A stretch of 63,153 bases of DNA, filler included, from Octopus bimaculoides (GCF_001194135.2; 4 parts of 4 records of this genome joined end to end with filler, not necessarily neighbours in it); one strand, 5' to 3'. Counted from the first letter of the whole stretch, positions 15,321 through 28,445 are shown. The notes: a model not told the origin generated them from the letters alone. Translations and numbers: made by a program.

Positions 15321-15648
15321 TTTTATGTTGTTCTTTTTTATCTTCTTTCTTCAAATTTTCTTCCATTTCTCGCCGAGTTTTTTTTCCGTACACCTAGGGC
15401 AGAGAAGCTCATTGTATGCATTCCCAGTTTTCACACGCAAATTCACAAGTAAAATATGTATTTAAAAAAAAAATTAGAAATAAATAAATTCATGAATGGA
15501 TGTTATTTTCACAGCGATAATGCTCTTCTCAGTTAACACGATTTTTTTGCATTTTCTGTAGGGATGGTAAGCCTGGTATCATTTTCAAATAGACTTCAGT
15601 ACCACCTTTTTTTTATTATTCCTAGAGATACTACAATCACTGGTACTA
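15321..15648 (-). mobile_element. R4/Dong-clade non-LTR retrotransposon, short 5'-truncated copy within (TAA)n
   Basis: Minus strand IVPVIVVSLGIIKK / GTEVYLKMIPGLPSLQKMQK (frameshifted) matches the R4/Dong C-terminus also seen at 62981-63151. A 3' UTR follows, and (TAA)n flanks both sides (15296-15320, 15647-15668). Confidence 0.7.
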
Positions 15649-15668
15649 TTATTATTATTATTATTATT

Positions 15669-16836
15669 TCATGTTTGACTTTTGTTTTGNNNNNNNNNNN
15701 NNNNNNNNNNNNNNNNNNNNNNNNNNNNNNNNNNNNNNNNNNNNNNNNNNNNNNNNNNNNNNNNNNNNNNNNNNNNNNNNNNNNNNNNNNNNNNNNNNNN
15801 NNNNNNNNNNNNNNNNNNNNNNNNNNNNNNNNNNNNNNNNNNNNNNNNNNNNNNNNNNNNNNNNNNNNNNNNNNNNNNNNNNNNNNNNNNNNNNNNNNNN
15901 NNNNNNNNNNNNNNNNNNNNNNNNNNNNNNNNNNNNNNNNNNNNNNNNNNNNNNNNNNNNNNNNNNNNNNNNNNNNNNNNNNNNNNNNNNNNNNNNNNNN
16001 NNNNNNNNNNNNNNNNNNNNNNNNNNNNNNNNNNNNNNNNNNNNNNNNNNNNNNNNNNNNNNNNNNNNNNNNNNNNNNNNNNNNNNNNNNNNNNNNNNNN
16101 NNNNNNNNNNNNNNNNNNNNNNNNNNNNNNNNNNNNNNNNNNNNNNNNNNNNNNNNNNNNNNNNNNNNNNNNNNNNNNNNNNNNNNNNNNNNNNNNNNNN
16201 NNNNNNNNNNNNNNNNNNNNNNNNNNNNNNNNNNNNNNNNNNNNNNNNNNNNNNNNNNNNNNNNNNNNNNNNNNNNNNNNNNNNNNNNNNNNNNNNNNNN
16301 NNNNNNNNNNNNNNNNNNNNNNNNNNNNNNNNNNNNNNNNNNNNNNNNNNNNNNNNNNNNNNNNNNNNNNNNNNNNNNNNNNNNNNNNNNNNNNNNNNNN
16401 NNNNNNNNNNNNNNNNNNNNNNNNNNNNNNNNNNNNNNNNNNNNNNNNNNNNNNNNNNNNNNNNNNNNNNNNNNNNNNNNNNNNNNNNNNNNNNNNNNNN
16501 NNNNNNNNNNNNNNNNNNNNNNNNNNNNNNNNNNNNNNNNNNNNNNNNNNNNNNNNNNNNNNNNNNNNNNNNNNNNNNNNNNNNNNNNNNNNNNNNNNNN
16601 NNNNNNNNNNNNCCATGCCATTTTTCAGTCATAATAGCTAAGGCAGCAATTTTAGCATGGGTTTTCAAGCGCTTAGCTTTTTCTGCAGGTGTTTCTAGTT
16701 CGTCTAATTCTTGAATTTGTTGCAATTGGAATTCACTTAGATATTCCTTTGCCTGTTTTGTTACTGAGTAAGATGCTTTCTTGCTTTCATATTTTAAGAC
16801 AAGTTTTAGCATCCAGTCCTCAGAGTTTTTCAGATT
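15669..16836 (-). mobile_element. R4/Dong-clade retrotransposon, 5'-truncated, mostly hidden in a gap
   Basis: NLKNSEDWMLKLVLKYESKKASYSVTKQAKEYL...KIAALAIMTEKWH resembles the R4 post-thumb linker that normally precedes K.LHG. The 5' junction abuts (TAA)n; 21 nt beyond the gap (15669-15689) lead into the next (TAA)n. Confidence 0.65.
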
Positions 16837-16853
16837 TATTATTATTATTATTA

Positions 16854-16932
<79 letters not shown>

Positions 16933-16942
16933 CATCATTATT
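16837..16942. repeat. (ATT)n microsatellite
   Basis: About 100 bp of ATT repeats between two inserted elements. Confidence 0.95.
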
Positions 16943-17446
16943 GAGTGGAGAGCAGAGCATGTCATCAAAGTGACACTGGGTACAAATATACGAAGTCTAT
17001 TATACCCGTCCTGACTACTCGTCTAATAAGAGTACACCAGGCACATGCATCACAACCATATGTGCACGGCATGGTGATCTCATATATAGATAAACATCGC
17101 ATGACCTTGCAGGTGGGGCACAGTTAGAATTTTCCTCAGGTTGAGTAGCCGATCCCATTTAAAAGGTGAATTATTCAAACACCAAAGAATTCCTCTCAAC
17201 ACATTTCCATTTCTATTTCTGCTCGTGATCAGGAATGCATATATTCTCAGCCACTAAGGGACATGCTCAACTGATTAAGGTCCTACAATAGACAAGCAAA
17301 TATGTGATATTGTGTAGAACATTTGCTGTAGAACATTTGCTGTAGCCCATCTGTTATACCAAGCCAAAACAATATACATGACAACACTTCCAATCAGTTG
17401 AAATCAAAAGCCACGGGAGCCACTGCCTGGTACTGCATCAGGGCAT
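16943..17446 (-). mobile_element. Non-coding interspersed repeat bounded by (TAA)n on both sides; probably non-autonomous or a 3'UTR-type fragment
   Basis: About 500 bp of higher-GC non-coding sequence with sharp ends at TAA tracts and an internal 14-bp tandem duplication GTAGAACATTTGCT. I recognise it as a recurrent octopus repeat; strand is inferred. Confidence 0.55.
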
Positions 17447-17489
17447 CGTTATTATTACTATTATTATTATTGTTGTTGTTGTTTCTATT

Positions 17490-17527
<38 letters not shown>

Positions 17528-17718
17528 TATCGTTATTATTATATGTTCACGCACACACACACACACACATATGGTAGTGTGTCATTGACTAAAGCGTGAA
17601 GTACATTAAAACAAATTCTCGACAGGTTTACCCATGCAAAAACAAATATCAGGCATTTCTATCCCCTACATAATATAGACATAGCTACTAATAAAGATAT
17701 AATGTGCTTATATTTTAC

Positions 17719-17805
17719 CTCGCAGCATAGATTTCAGCCGATGGTACATTGGAAATAGAAGTCGTTGTGGCCGCTGTATTACTGTAAGACGCGAAGCACC
17801 TTTTT
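17719..17805 (-). CDS. Candidate 87-nt internal exon, product unknown
   Basis: Acceptor TTCATTGTTCCTTGTTTCTTAATTTAG, donor GAG|GTAAAA, length a multiple of 3, open in phase 2 (KRCFASYSNTAATTTSISNVPSAEIYAA) and in phase 1. No homology recognised. Confidence 0.25.
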
Positions 17806-18367
17806 CTAAATTAAGAAACAAGGAACAATGAATAAAATATCCTTAGCCACTGATACACTACCAAAGGAATTCATACAGTGGAAAAGCACCTAATTTCTCT
17901 ATAATTTACCCTTGTACATATTTACTGGATCGGTTTTATATATAAACATATATGTTATGAAATTGACAGTTTCATAATATATAATTTGTTGCTTATGTAT
18001 TCTTTATATTTTATTACCTTTTGACACATTCATTGTAAACTGCGACATACCAGTTAAACTATACGCGCGGAAAATGGAACATTACATGATTATTTATGTT
18101 GTTCGTATTTGACTCTAATATTTGAATTCTGGTTGATTTATTTCTTCATTATTTTGTCGCTACAGTTTTGTATCTCTACTCTGTTAAACTTATGTCTCGA
18201 TTTCGTTCCGATACAGGTTTATTAATTCATATTTTTTATGTCTGAATAATTTCAAAATGGATTCATCTGAAGTCGCCATTTTCAAACTTATGCAACGATT
18301 CTATTTCAAACTATTATAAATATCTGTGCACACACCACCTGATACACATCTTATTTTCATTTTGTGC

Positions 18368-18402
<35 letters not shown>

Positions 18403-19698
18403 NNNNNNNNNNNNNNNNNNNNNNNNNNNNNNNNNNNNNNNNNNNNNNNNNNNNNNNNNNNNNNNNNNNNNNNNNNNNNNNNNNNNNNNNNNNNNNNNNN
18501 NNNNNNNNNNNNNNNNNNNNNNNNNNNNNNNNNNNNNNNNNTATATATATATATTAATGCGTAAATATAGCGTGTATAATGAGTATATACATACATAAAT
18601 ACATCCATACGTACAGATATATATATATATATATATATAGGGAGAGAGTGAGAGGGGAGAATAGAGAGAGAGACAGTGAGTGTGTGTGTGTGTGTGTGTG
18701 GTGTATTTTGCAATTCTACTCACAAAATGACATTGCTGTAGTATTCCTGAAAGCTAAGTGGGCAAAATTCAATTGAGTTCATTTCGGTATGAATCAGTCT
18801 GTGTTTACAGTAAATTATACGGGAAGAAAATTTGTGTAAAGAATTTTCCTTGTGCGTATGAATTGCTACTAAAGAAACATAGATAAGTGTTTCTTTTTCT
18901 GCCTCTTTTCTTTTCCCACTTCTTTTACTTTCATTAATTATTAATTGTTCCTTCGCTCTACTTGTTCTACTCTTTAAATATATATTTAGTTCCCATCTGT
19001 GATCTGTAAGAATATTAAATGTTTCTCTTTGTAAATGCTGAGCTTACAATAATTATCTGATTCTTACAGATATTATAGCTATTTGAATCGAACAGCCTCT
19101 AAGGAATTTCAAGATGTTTATTTACAAATGTTAGACTAACTGAACTCTGCATACTCAAATTTATGAAAACATTTATAACGATATCCTAACTGTACTTTTT
19201 TTTTTTTTCCACAGCTATCATCAACTCGAAATTTTTTCGATAAAAACTATAATTAAATATTTATATAACTACATTAATTTATAACAGAAAAATTCGTTAA
19301 TATTAATCATGGAAAGCAATCTTCATATACTTCAGACACTTGACAACTAATCGAATCGCGTAATTAGAATTTTAAATGAATTTTACAGTGTTAACTCTAC
19401 GCCATTTCCAAAGATGTAAACTAAAATCTGTAACAAAAATTATGTCCAAAATTTTCCACTTGGTATCATCTGTTGTCTTCTACTGTCTTATATAACAACA
19501 TTACAGAACCTCTCTCATAAAATGATTACTCCCTGTATATTTATAGCTAATGGAGTTTGTCATACTATTCCTAGTGCTGGGAGTATATTGCTTCTGAATT
19601 TGTGAATAGTCAGTGTCTAAGTGATAAAATGTTATAACAAGTACCCGGAGAAACTGGTTTACAACGATTGATAACACCTAAAATAATACTCTGAATAG

Positions 19699-19730
<32 letters not shown>

Positions 19731-19859
19731 TGCATACATACAAACATACATATGTGCGTGTATCTATATCATACACACATGAATCTAAATTCAATATAAA
19801 AACAGACTATATACTCATATACATACATATGCATATATACAGAAATGTTTATAATATAT

Positions 19860-19914
<55 letters not shown>

Positions 19915-20772
19915 GAGAACAGAGAGAGAGAGAGAACAGAGAGTGAGAGAGAACAGACAGAGATAGAGAGAAATAATTTCATATGTATTTCCCTAAGCGC
20001 AGTCTGCGTGAGCAACCACCAATAGGGTTTTGTACCAGACCTCTCGTTTTCAAGCTGCAAAATAGATAAATAAGTGCCAAGGGAATAAATCACTAGCACT
20101 ACTTATAGCAAGAAAACGACGCCTCCATCCCCCTTAAACAGGTTCAACATTGAACTAGCTCTACCTCTCTGTCACTTCAAATGTTATATTGCATTATAAC
20201 ACAAGCACATTATTAGTTTAGTAGGCTCTGTACCTAAAGAGACATCCTTCTGATTCGGGTGAGATATTATTAGTGTCCAACAACTGTTGACATTTTAGAA
20301 ACTCCAAGTGATGGTTCTGCTGTTATACGCACACATCGTAGCCCGCATCCAACCAGAAACTGTTCGACTCATTGGCCTAAGAATTAATATCAGGCATCAA
20401 ACCTCTGACCAACCCACAAGCATACTTTCTCATTTCTCTGACATTTGTATTGCTACAATAATATCATCTTATACAGTCGCAATCCATCGGTCTCGCCTCT
20501 GCGTATCACTTTTGTCATATTCAAACTACCGAGAATCGCAGTAAATTCTAGGCCCAGAATATCAGTCTTTTGAATTTTCTTGTTCATGTTTTTTTGCGGG
20601 TATACTCTGAGACGTTGTGCAATATGGAAATGAAACAATAATGAAATTTATTTTCCCTATTTAGGAGGTTTTCCTAAATCGATTGCAGCTGCCCTTATGT
20701 GTTCATATATGTATGTATGCATGCATGCATGCATGTATGTATGTATGTATGTGTGCATGTATGTGTGTATGT

Positions 20773-20970
20773 ATTCTTTTACTCTTTTACTTATTTCAGT
20801 AATTTGACAGCGGCCATGCTGGAGTACCGCCTTTAGTCGAGCACATCGACCCCTGGATTTATTCTTTGTAAGCCTACTTATACATCTATACGACGGCCTT
20901 CTTTCAGTCTCCGTTTACCAAATCCACTCACAAGGCTTTGGTTGGCCCGAGGCTATAGTAGAAGACACTT
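20773..20970 (-). mobile_element. Family C SINE, internally deleted and head-truncated
   Basis: Antisense AAGTGTCTTCTACTATAGCCTCGGGCC...AAAGGCGGTACTCCAGCATGGCC...(TAAAAGAG) tail. The middle segment present in the 21815 copy is missing. Confidence 0.8.
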
Positions 20971-21814
20971 TATATACGAATTTGAACTCAGATCGTAAAG
21001 CCGGAAAAAATGCAACTAAATTAGGGATGAATGATTTATTTCAGATTTTTGTGTTAAAAGCGCCATATATATCGGAAAAAGAAGATCGTCTTCGCTACAT
21101 CGACTTGCAAGAAAGATAGACGCGCTTTACCCGTCTCACACTTGTCAATGTTGGGCAACCAATTGTCACCTTCTTAAATGAGACTCGTTTGTTTTCTCTC
21201 GTGAGCCACTAGATATTACAGTAGCGAAAAACCAAGCAAGCTGATATAACATCTTGTGTTCTCCTGATTTTTAGCATATCCATAATACTTATCAACAAAC
21301 TTAACGTTTAAAATTTTCAAACCCCAGAATACTGAATTGCATTCTGCGCCACTTTGTAAATTAGTAATAAATTATTTCAAGGAGCACAAAAGAGAACATG
21401 AACAATACAGAATATGAATTACACGATTCAAGTTTTATATGCAATAAGCAAATCATAAAATATTGCCCAGACTAGGCCTACTACAATTCCAAATTTGAGG
21501 ATGAAGCCTTTTTACGGTTCGTCGCTATGGAGGAAATATCAATATCTAGTACTGGTTGCATTAATTGAGAATAATGCGTTTCGGTATTGAGAAAAACGTA
21601 AATGTTGGGGTTCCAAAACCGGGAATCAAGTTCATGCTGTGTTTTGTAGAGAATAACCTTACGGGATGAATTGTAATATATTGTGAACAAGTGAACTTAT
21701 TAATCGAAAATAAAATTCTTTTATTTACAGAAGAGAGCGGGTATGTCTAAAATTAGTTACGCTCATTAGGATTTCAAGCAGATAATACTGGATTAGTATA
21801 GGTATACGAAGCTT

Positions 21815-21994
21815 CGTAGGAGTGGCTGTGTGGTAAGTAGCTTGCTTACCAACCACATGGTTCCGGGTTTAGTCCCACTACGTGGCAACTTGGGCAAGTG
21901 TCTTCTACTATAGCGTCGGGCCGACCAAATTCTTGTAAGTCGATTTGGTAGACGGAAACTGAAAGAAGCCCGTCGTATATATGTATACATATAT

Positions 21995-22026
<32 letters not shown>

Positions 22027-22236
22027 NNNNNNNNNNNNNNNNNNNNNNNNNNNNNNNNNNNNNNNNNNNNNNNNNNNNNNNNNNNNNNNNNNNNNNNNNN
22101 NNNNNNNNNNNNNNNNNNNNNNNNNNNNNNNNNNNNNNNNNNNNNNNNNNNNNNNNNNNNNNNNNNTGTATGTATGTATATATATATATGTATGTATGTA
22201 TGTATATATATATATATATGTATGTATGTATGTATG

Positions 22237-22269
<33 letters not shown>

Positions 22270-22514
22270 GTATATGTATGTGTATATATATGTTTGTGTG
22301 TCTGTGCTTGTCCTCCAACCCAACATCGCTTTACAACCGATGCTCGTGCGTTTACGTCCCCGTAGTTTAGCGGTTCGGCAAAAGAGATCGATAGAATAAG
22401 TACTACGCTTACAAAGAATAAGTCCTGGGGTCGATTTGCTCGACTAAAAGGTGGTGCTCCAGCATGGCCGCAGTCAAATTACTGAAACAAGTAAAAGAAT
22501 AAAAGAGTAAAAGA
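21815..22514 (+). mobile_element. tRNA-derived SINE, family C (head GGAGTGGCTGTGTGGTAAG), full length, with an expanded internal TA/TG microsatellite
   Basis: tRNA-like head, CTTGGGCAAGTGTCTT core, internal (TA/TATG)n with a gap, 3' CTGGGGTCGATTTGCTCGACTAAA...CAGCATGGCCGCAGTC, (TAAAAGA)n tail. Confidence 0.9.
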
Positions 22515-24147
22515 ATTCTCTTGCCAGCACTATATCTTACAGATTTTGTAGTATGTTATGGAATAAAGATATAGTACCAGGATAGCAAACATAGTTTCTA
22601 CGTCTTTCGAAAGTATTTTAACCCACTTAAAATGCTAGATCTCATATTTAAGTATTTTTGCATATACCGTATACTTTCGTAATCGTCTTGGACGTTTGAG
22701 ATACCTTAGCAACTTGATCAACATGTGCTATCAGAAACACGAAGCCCAGTTGCTGATCATGTTGCAACGATCTTATTCTACATCTTCACGTAACCAAACT
22801 CGCGAGATCTTGTTGTACAAATGACATATCAACCTTTAACTATCTCATTTAATTCCTTATGAACCACAAAACCTTTGGACATCTCCTTTACATTGTACCT
22901 TCACAACCCCATTTTTAATGATAATATAATTACCTGAGCATATTTAGTTCGGATAATTCATCGTAACTAACATCGCTCAGTGTATTTTGGATAGGTGTAA
23001 ATGCGTATGCGCGTGTGTTACTGCATGCGCATGCATGTGTGGAGACATGCGTACATGTGTGTCTGTGTGCACATTTATGCATGCCTATATTGACACTAGG
23101 CAACTAAATGTTTGTTAGAAGACACTTGCCGTCCAATATATTCCGTAGTTTTAAAGAAAGCAAACAAATGTGGCTGCATATTTAACGTCTTAACTGGTCG
23201 GCCTTGCTCGCTGATATTAGCATGTATGTATGTATGTATGTATATATTTTTATGTATGTATGCATTTTTATTTATAAATGTGAGTATATGCATGTGTGTG
23301 CGTGTGTGTGTACATGTTTGCATCATAGTAAATATATGTAATATATATAAATAGCTTATATTTGTAAGTATATGCGTTTGTGTATGTGTGTGCCAATTTT
23401 ATTGTGCATCATATGCATGTGAGTGCGTAGTTTGAATTGCCTCTTCGATTATAATATAAATGTCTATGTTAATACCTCCTAAAATGCGTTTTATAGGAGA
23501 GAACTTCTTCTTGGGGCTTTCGGCATTACTTTTTATACTGAATATTGTGTTGCATTTATATCAATGTTATTTTTATTTTATTTTATATGAAAATATTTTA
23601 TATAATTTTTTTAATCAAATAAGACATTATCATATATCTTATCAACATTTTAAACATTGAGAACGAAATAGAAAAAAAAAATTACTTAGATTTCTTTATA
23701 TATCATTTTTGAATCTAAAATCTTACATAAAAGAAACTTTAATATCATACAATAGAAAAGTATAAATATGTTCATTGACCGAACGAATGTCATCTTAAAA
23801 TTTAACCTTAACTTTTGTAATGCAAAATAGTAAGAATACTATGAATAAATCAGTTTTCTTTGTATGAAATGACCTAGAATTATTGATTAGACTTGGGTCA
23901 CCTGAGATAACATCTGCCTGAAATGGAAATGAATACTACAACCGAAATTCTATAAAATCTGTTATTTCATATCCTAGAGTCAGTGGAAAGAAAACGTACA
24001 ATAATATATATATAGCATAGAGTAATATCCACATAGAGATAGCCTACCGTATGCAAAGTATTCGCATATTACGAAAATATATTGATAGGTCTATATGCAT
24101 ATTCAAATGTATTAGATAGAATTATACTGCACTACGCCAAAAGTATG

Positions 24148-24183
<36 letters not shown>

Positions 24184-25440
24184 TATATACGTATGTGTTG
24201 ATGTATACACGCGTATCAATGCATATTTTTATGTTTATCGAATTATATTAGGCATGAAACGCAAGTGCTTCATTTTATGGCTACAAATTTATAAGGCATG
24301 TACCTGTACAGGCAAACACATATATCCACTCACATACAAAATCTTACACATATGGAAATAAAACTATAAATTTAAATATATAGATGAGTGTATGCATATA
24401 TGCATGTGTTTATACATACACGCACACACAATAAATATATATATATACCTGCACAATCATATACATATATAATACTTACATACATACATACATACATATA
24501 TAGNNNNNNNNNNNNNNNNNNNNNNNNNNNNNNNNNNNNNNNNNNNNNNNNNNNNNNNNNNNNNNNNNNNNNNNNNNNNNNNNNNNNNNNNNNNNNNNNN
24601 NNNNNNNNNNNNNNNNNNNNNNNNNNNNNNNNNNNNNNNNNNNNNNNNNNNNNNNNNNNNNNNNNNNNNNNNNNNNNNNNNNNNNNNNNNNNNNNNNNNN
24701 NNNNNNNNNNNNNNNNNNNNNNNNNNNNNNNNNNNNNNNNNNNNNNNNNNNNNNNNNNNNNNNNNNNNNNNNNNNNNNNNATATATATATATATATACAT
24801 ATATATATGTATATATATATGAATTTGTATTTTCCTCATGCAGAATTTAGTTACATAACAGATAGGGAATAATTAAATTTTTTTCCTATACATGTTTTCT
24901 ACCGTATTTTGGACGAATTGAAAATGGTAAGCTATCCTTGCATTAATATTCTCTTCCATAAAGTTTCTTTGTATGCTGGTTATTCCTTCAGAAATGTTAC
25001 CACAATCTTTGTCGCGATTTTCTTCAATCTCCACATCTTATACTTTCTTCTCTTGCTATATTCATATTTCTCATCTCATTCTGCTTTTGCATTTTTTTGT
25101 TTTTTTTATTATTTTATGTTACAACTTTTATATTACTTATTCATTTCAATCAGCTTAACATAACTTTTTCCCTTTTTACAGATTCATATATTGATAGAAT
25201 TCATAAACATTTTTTAAATTCATTTTTACTTCTGAATTTAAAGCGGCATTATATGAATATAAGACAGTACTTTAAACGATACCTACAGGTATTCGTGTTC
25301 ATGTGAAATGTATTTATTTATTCATATGTGGATATGCATGTACACATACAAATATGTTTATATATGTATGTATGCATATGCATATAAACATATACGTATA
25401 AATATATATACCTATATATACATACATATATATATATATA

Positions 25441-25540
25441 NNNNNNNNNNNNNNNNNNNNNNNNNNNNNNNNNNNNNNNNNNNNTTAATTAATTAANNNN
25501 NNNNNNNNNNNNNNNNNNNNNNNNNNNNNNNNNNNNNNNN
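25441..25540. other. Artificial scaffold join: 44 N + TTAATTAATTAA + 44 N
   Basis: Exactly 100 bp with a six-frame stop linker; identical to 37206-37305 and 43067-43166. Confidence 0.9.
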
Positions 25541-25624
25541 TGAGCACACATTCTCGCATATATATATACAAAGACACACACACACGCTCACATGCATCTA
25601 CAGGCGAGTAGATTGGAAACACTC

Positions 25625-25687
<63 letters not shown>

Positions 25688-25896
25688 TACGCACAGGTAG
25701 AGATACACACAGAGACGTATATACGCAGGTACGCATAGACACATGCATACAACAACACTGCCTATTGGTATGACTCAAAAGAATTCTGAGACTTGGCAAG
25801 GACTTGCTGTGCCGTTCCAGTATCTTGGCAGCGACGGGAAGCGGCGTTCGTCAAATAAGAGTGTGGAGGGAGTGTGTGTGGGTGTGGGGGGTGAGA

Positions 25897-25936
<40 letters not shown>

Positions 25937-26319
25937 CAGATAGACAGATATTCTTCTCCGTTGAGCAGATGGTGACGTCTTTTAAAGGCGGTCGGGGAGT
26001 GTCTTTATTAAACCGAGTTTGTTATTTTAATCGGTGGCGTCGAGTGTAAAAATAACAACATCTACAACACCGATAACGACGACGATAACAACAACAACAA
26101 CAACAACAACAACAGCAACAACACCAATAATAATTACAACAGCAATAACATCAATTACAACAACAAGGAAATGCGGGAGCAACAACAAAAACAGCGCCGA
26201 CGACAACGATAAAAACAACAACAGAAACATGAATAACTAAACAACAGTAGAAACAACAATAACAGCAACGACGACACATAAAGACTACTGCCGGTTTACA
26301 GACATTATTTCTCATTTAG

Positions 26320-26590
26320 GTACAGGACAAGCAATTTTGAAGGTAGGGGGTTTTAATGGGTTCCGCTGATCTCAATTCTTGATTGATACATTATTTTATC
26401 GATCTGCGGGGAGATGAAAGACGAAGTTGACCTCGGAAGGCATAGGCACGGCATTTTCTTCCGACTCTAACGATTCTGCCAGCACGCCAAGTAATGGTGG
26501 CAAAATTTTGGCACAAGGCCAGTAATTTTAAGAGAAGTTAGGGGTTAGTCGATTCCATCGATAGACCCCAGTGCTTGACTTGTTAGTCTT
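26320..26590 (-). mobile_element. Two adjacent degenerate family B SINE pieces
   Basis: Antisense head CTAACGATTCTGCCAGCACGCC (about 26467-26488) and tail TTTTGGCACAAGGCCAG...GTCGATTCCATCGA. Confidence 0.65.
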
Positions 26591-26599
26591 TTCTAGCGC

Positions 26600-26800
26600 G
26601 ACAACGACCACGCTCATGTATAGGGGGGAGAATATACAAAAAATAACAACAGACGAGGACAGGTGGTGTAAATAACAAAAGTATATATTAGTATGACGCT
26701 CGGGAATACGGAAAGTCTTTGACGTTTCGAGCTACGCTCTTCAACAGAAAGAATACGGAGACAAGGAGAAAAACACGGAGAAAAAAAATTGAATAGTGTT
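26600..26800 (-). mobile_element. Penelope-like element pseudo-LTR fragment containing a hammerhead ribozyme
   Basis: About 115 bp homologous to 42494-42610, with a minimal type I hammerhead inside. Confidence 0.65.
26716..26752 (-). ncRNA. Minimal type I hammerhead ribozyme (variant core)
   Basis: Minus strand TCTTT-CTGTTGA-A-GAGC(GTA)GCTC-GAAA-C-GTC-AAAGA: 5-bp stem I, 4-bp stem II, palindromic ACGT stem III, GUC cleavage triplet. Confidence 0.75.
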
Positions 26801-28233
26801 CAGTCAACGGTCAAGACAAGTTGTGGTAGCGTAGCGTAGTGTAAATGTAATGAAGTGCCTCGGAACTACACTATGTGAAATGGAAGTACATAGCGTTATC
26901 TGATCGGCTGCAACCCATTCTAAGTACTGTTTATATCACATTATATAACTATACGGGCTGTCTAGTAAAATTTATGAAGCATGTATTCATTGTCTCAGCT
27001 AGAGCTTATCACTGATCATATCGGCTGACGTAATTAGTGATAGCTATTAACAGCTAGCTATCATAAATACAAAGAAAATAACTATGGAAGCTATGTTCCA
27101 TTGTGGTAAGAAAGTGTTAATTATAGTAGCTATTAAATCTAATTAAATAAGGGTTGTTTTAAAGTATCTCATTATATATTAGTAGTCAGGCTGTGAAAGA
27201 GCATTTATTCTTCTATTTATCTTAGTCATTGTGCTGCGGCCATGCTGGGGCACAACGTCGGAGGGTTTCCTCGAGCAAATGGATCTCGGTAATTTTAAGT
27301 CTACGTATTCTGTCAGTCTCTTTTGTCAGTTGTAAAGCGCTAAGGTGGAGCAAGCAAAGACACACACACATGCACGCTTATGCGCACCTATATATGGTGA
27401 AAGTCAATTCGACCGCTTTATCGAAGGTTATAAATTCCTTGGACGCTAACATGGAAGCTCATGTATCATTCATGACTATGTTACATAACCTAAATGATTT
27501 CCGGATTGTACATGGTATGCCTTATACGGTGTACTTTTTGAGTATGAAGCTTGAAGTAGCTCACCCATAACTTAAGTATTTATTAATTGCTACGTATTGG
27601 TTTTTTGTTTCACATGGAATAAACGAAGACTCAAAATTTCAAGAAATAGAGTGTGAACAAGTGTGAACAAGATCGATTAATATCGAAACAGGATTAAGTC
27701 CGAAACTTAGTCATGAATATAATAAACAGATAGGTATACACACATAATTCTGTATTGATTCGAATAGAAGAATGTGTCGCTCAAGAAAGACTTCAGTTTG
27801 GACAATTTTCATGATGTTTCATATTTAGATACTTTTATTAAATTCATTCAGTTGTTAAACATAAATAAATCTTGGAATCAAATGGTTTTGGTTTACTGTC
27901 AGGTGACTTTTGGCCAACCCTGTACACGCATATACAAGCACATGTGTTTGAGTGTGTGTGTGTGTTTATGTGAGTATATGTATGAATACTTTTGTGTGTG
28001 AGCGTATGTACATAGAAATAGGTAACAGCTTTTCCTTCCCACATGCTATAGGGAAAGCGAGACTCTGTTTAACTTCAATGTCTTTATTAATGATTTTTCA
28101 TATTTCCTTATCAGTCGAATTTGTTTTTGTTTCGTGATAATAATTTTCTTAAGTCCGTTAACATCTCAACTTCAAATTACGGTTGTGGTTAGCATATCTT
28201 CTTTCGACGTTAACCAATTATGAAAATAACGTT

Positions 28234-28445
28234 GAAGCGTAGCTGGCAGAATCGTTAGCACGCCGGGCGAATTGCTTAGCAGTATTTCACATGTCTTCAC
28301 GTTCTGAGTACAAATTCCGTCGAGGTCGACTTTGACTTGCATCCTTTTGGTATCGATAAATTAAGTACCAGTTGCGCACTGGGGTCGATCTAATCGACTG
28401 GCTCCTCCCCCAAAATTTCAGGCCTTGTGAGTAGAGTAGAAAAGA
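28234..28445 (+). mobile_element. Family B SINE
   Basis: AGCTGGCAGAATCGTTAGCACGCCGGGCGAA...GAGGTCGACTTTG...CTGGGGTCGATCTAATCGACT. Confidence 0.85.

Noticed and set aside
15564-16968. Long ORFs (300-580 aa) in the track, here and at 32636-34384, 33485-34378 and 35411-36130
   Set aside because: They are open only because N-gaps and microsatellites contain no stop codons.
20308-20544. LLYAH...IGLRINI, faint LINE RT resemblance
   Set aside because: Too degenerate; no DD motif and no flanking LINE sequence.
21731-21740. 10-nt plus-strand micro-exon (TTTATTTACAG|AAGAGAGCGG|GTATGT)
   Set aside because: No supporting plus-strand gene; chance-level motif.
21815-21890. tRNA-like A/B-box segments at SINE heads
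   Set aside because: They do not form complete cloverleaves and run straight into SINE bodies, so they are not tRNA genes.
27905-27925. TTTTGGCCAACCCTGTA, a Tc1/mariner-like TIR end (a similar motif occurs at about 5558)
   Set aside because: No partner TIR at a plausible distance.
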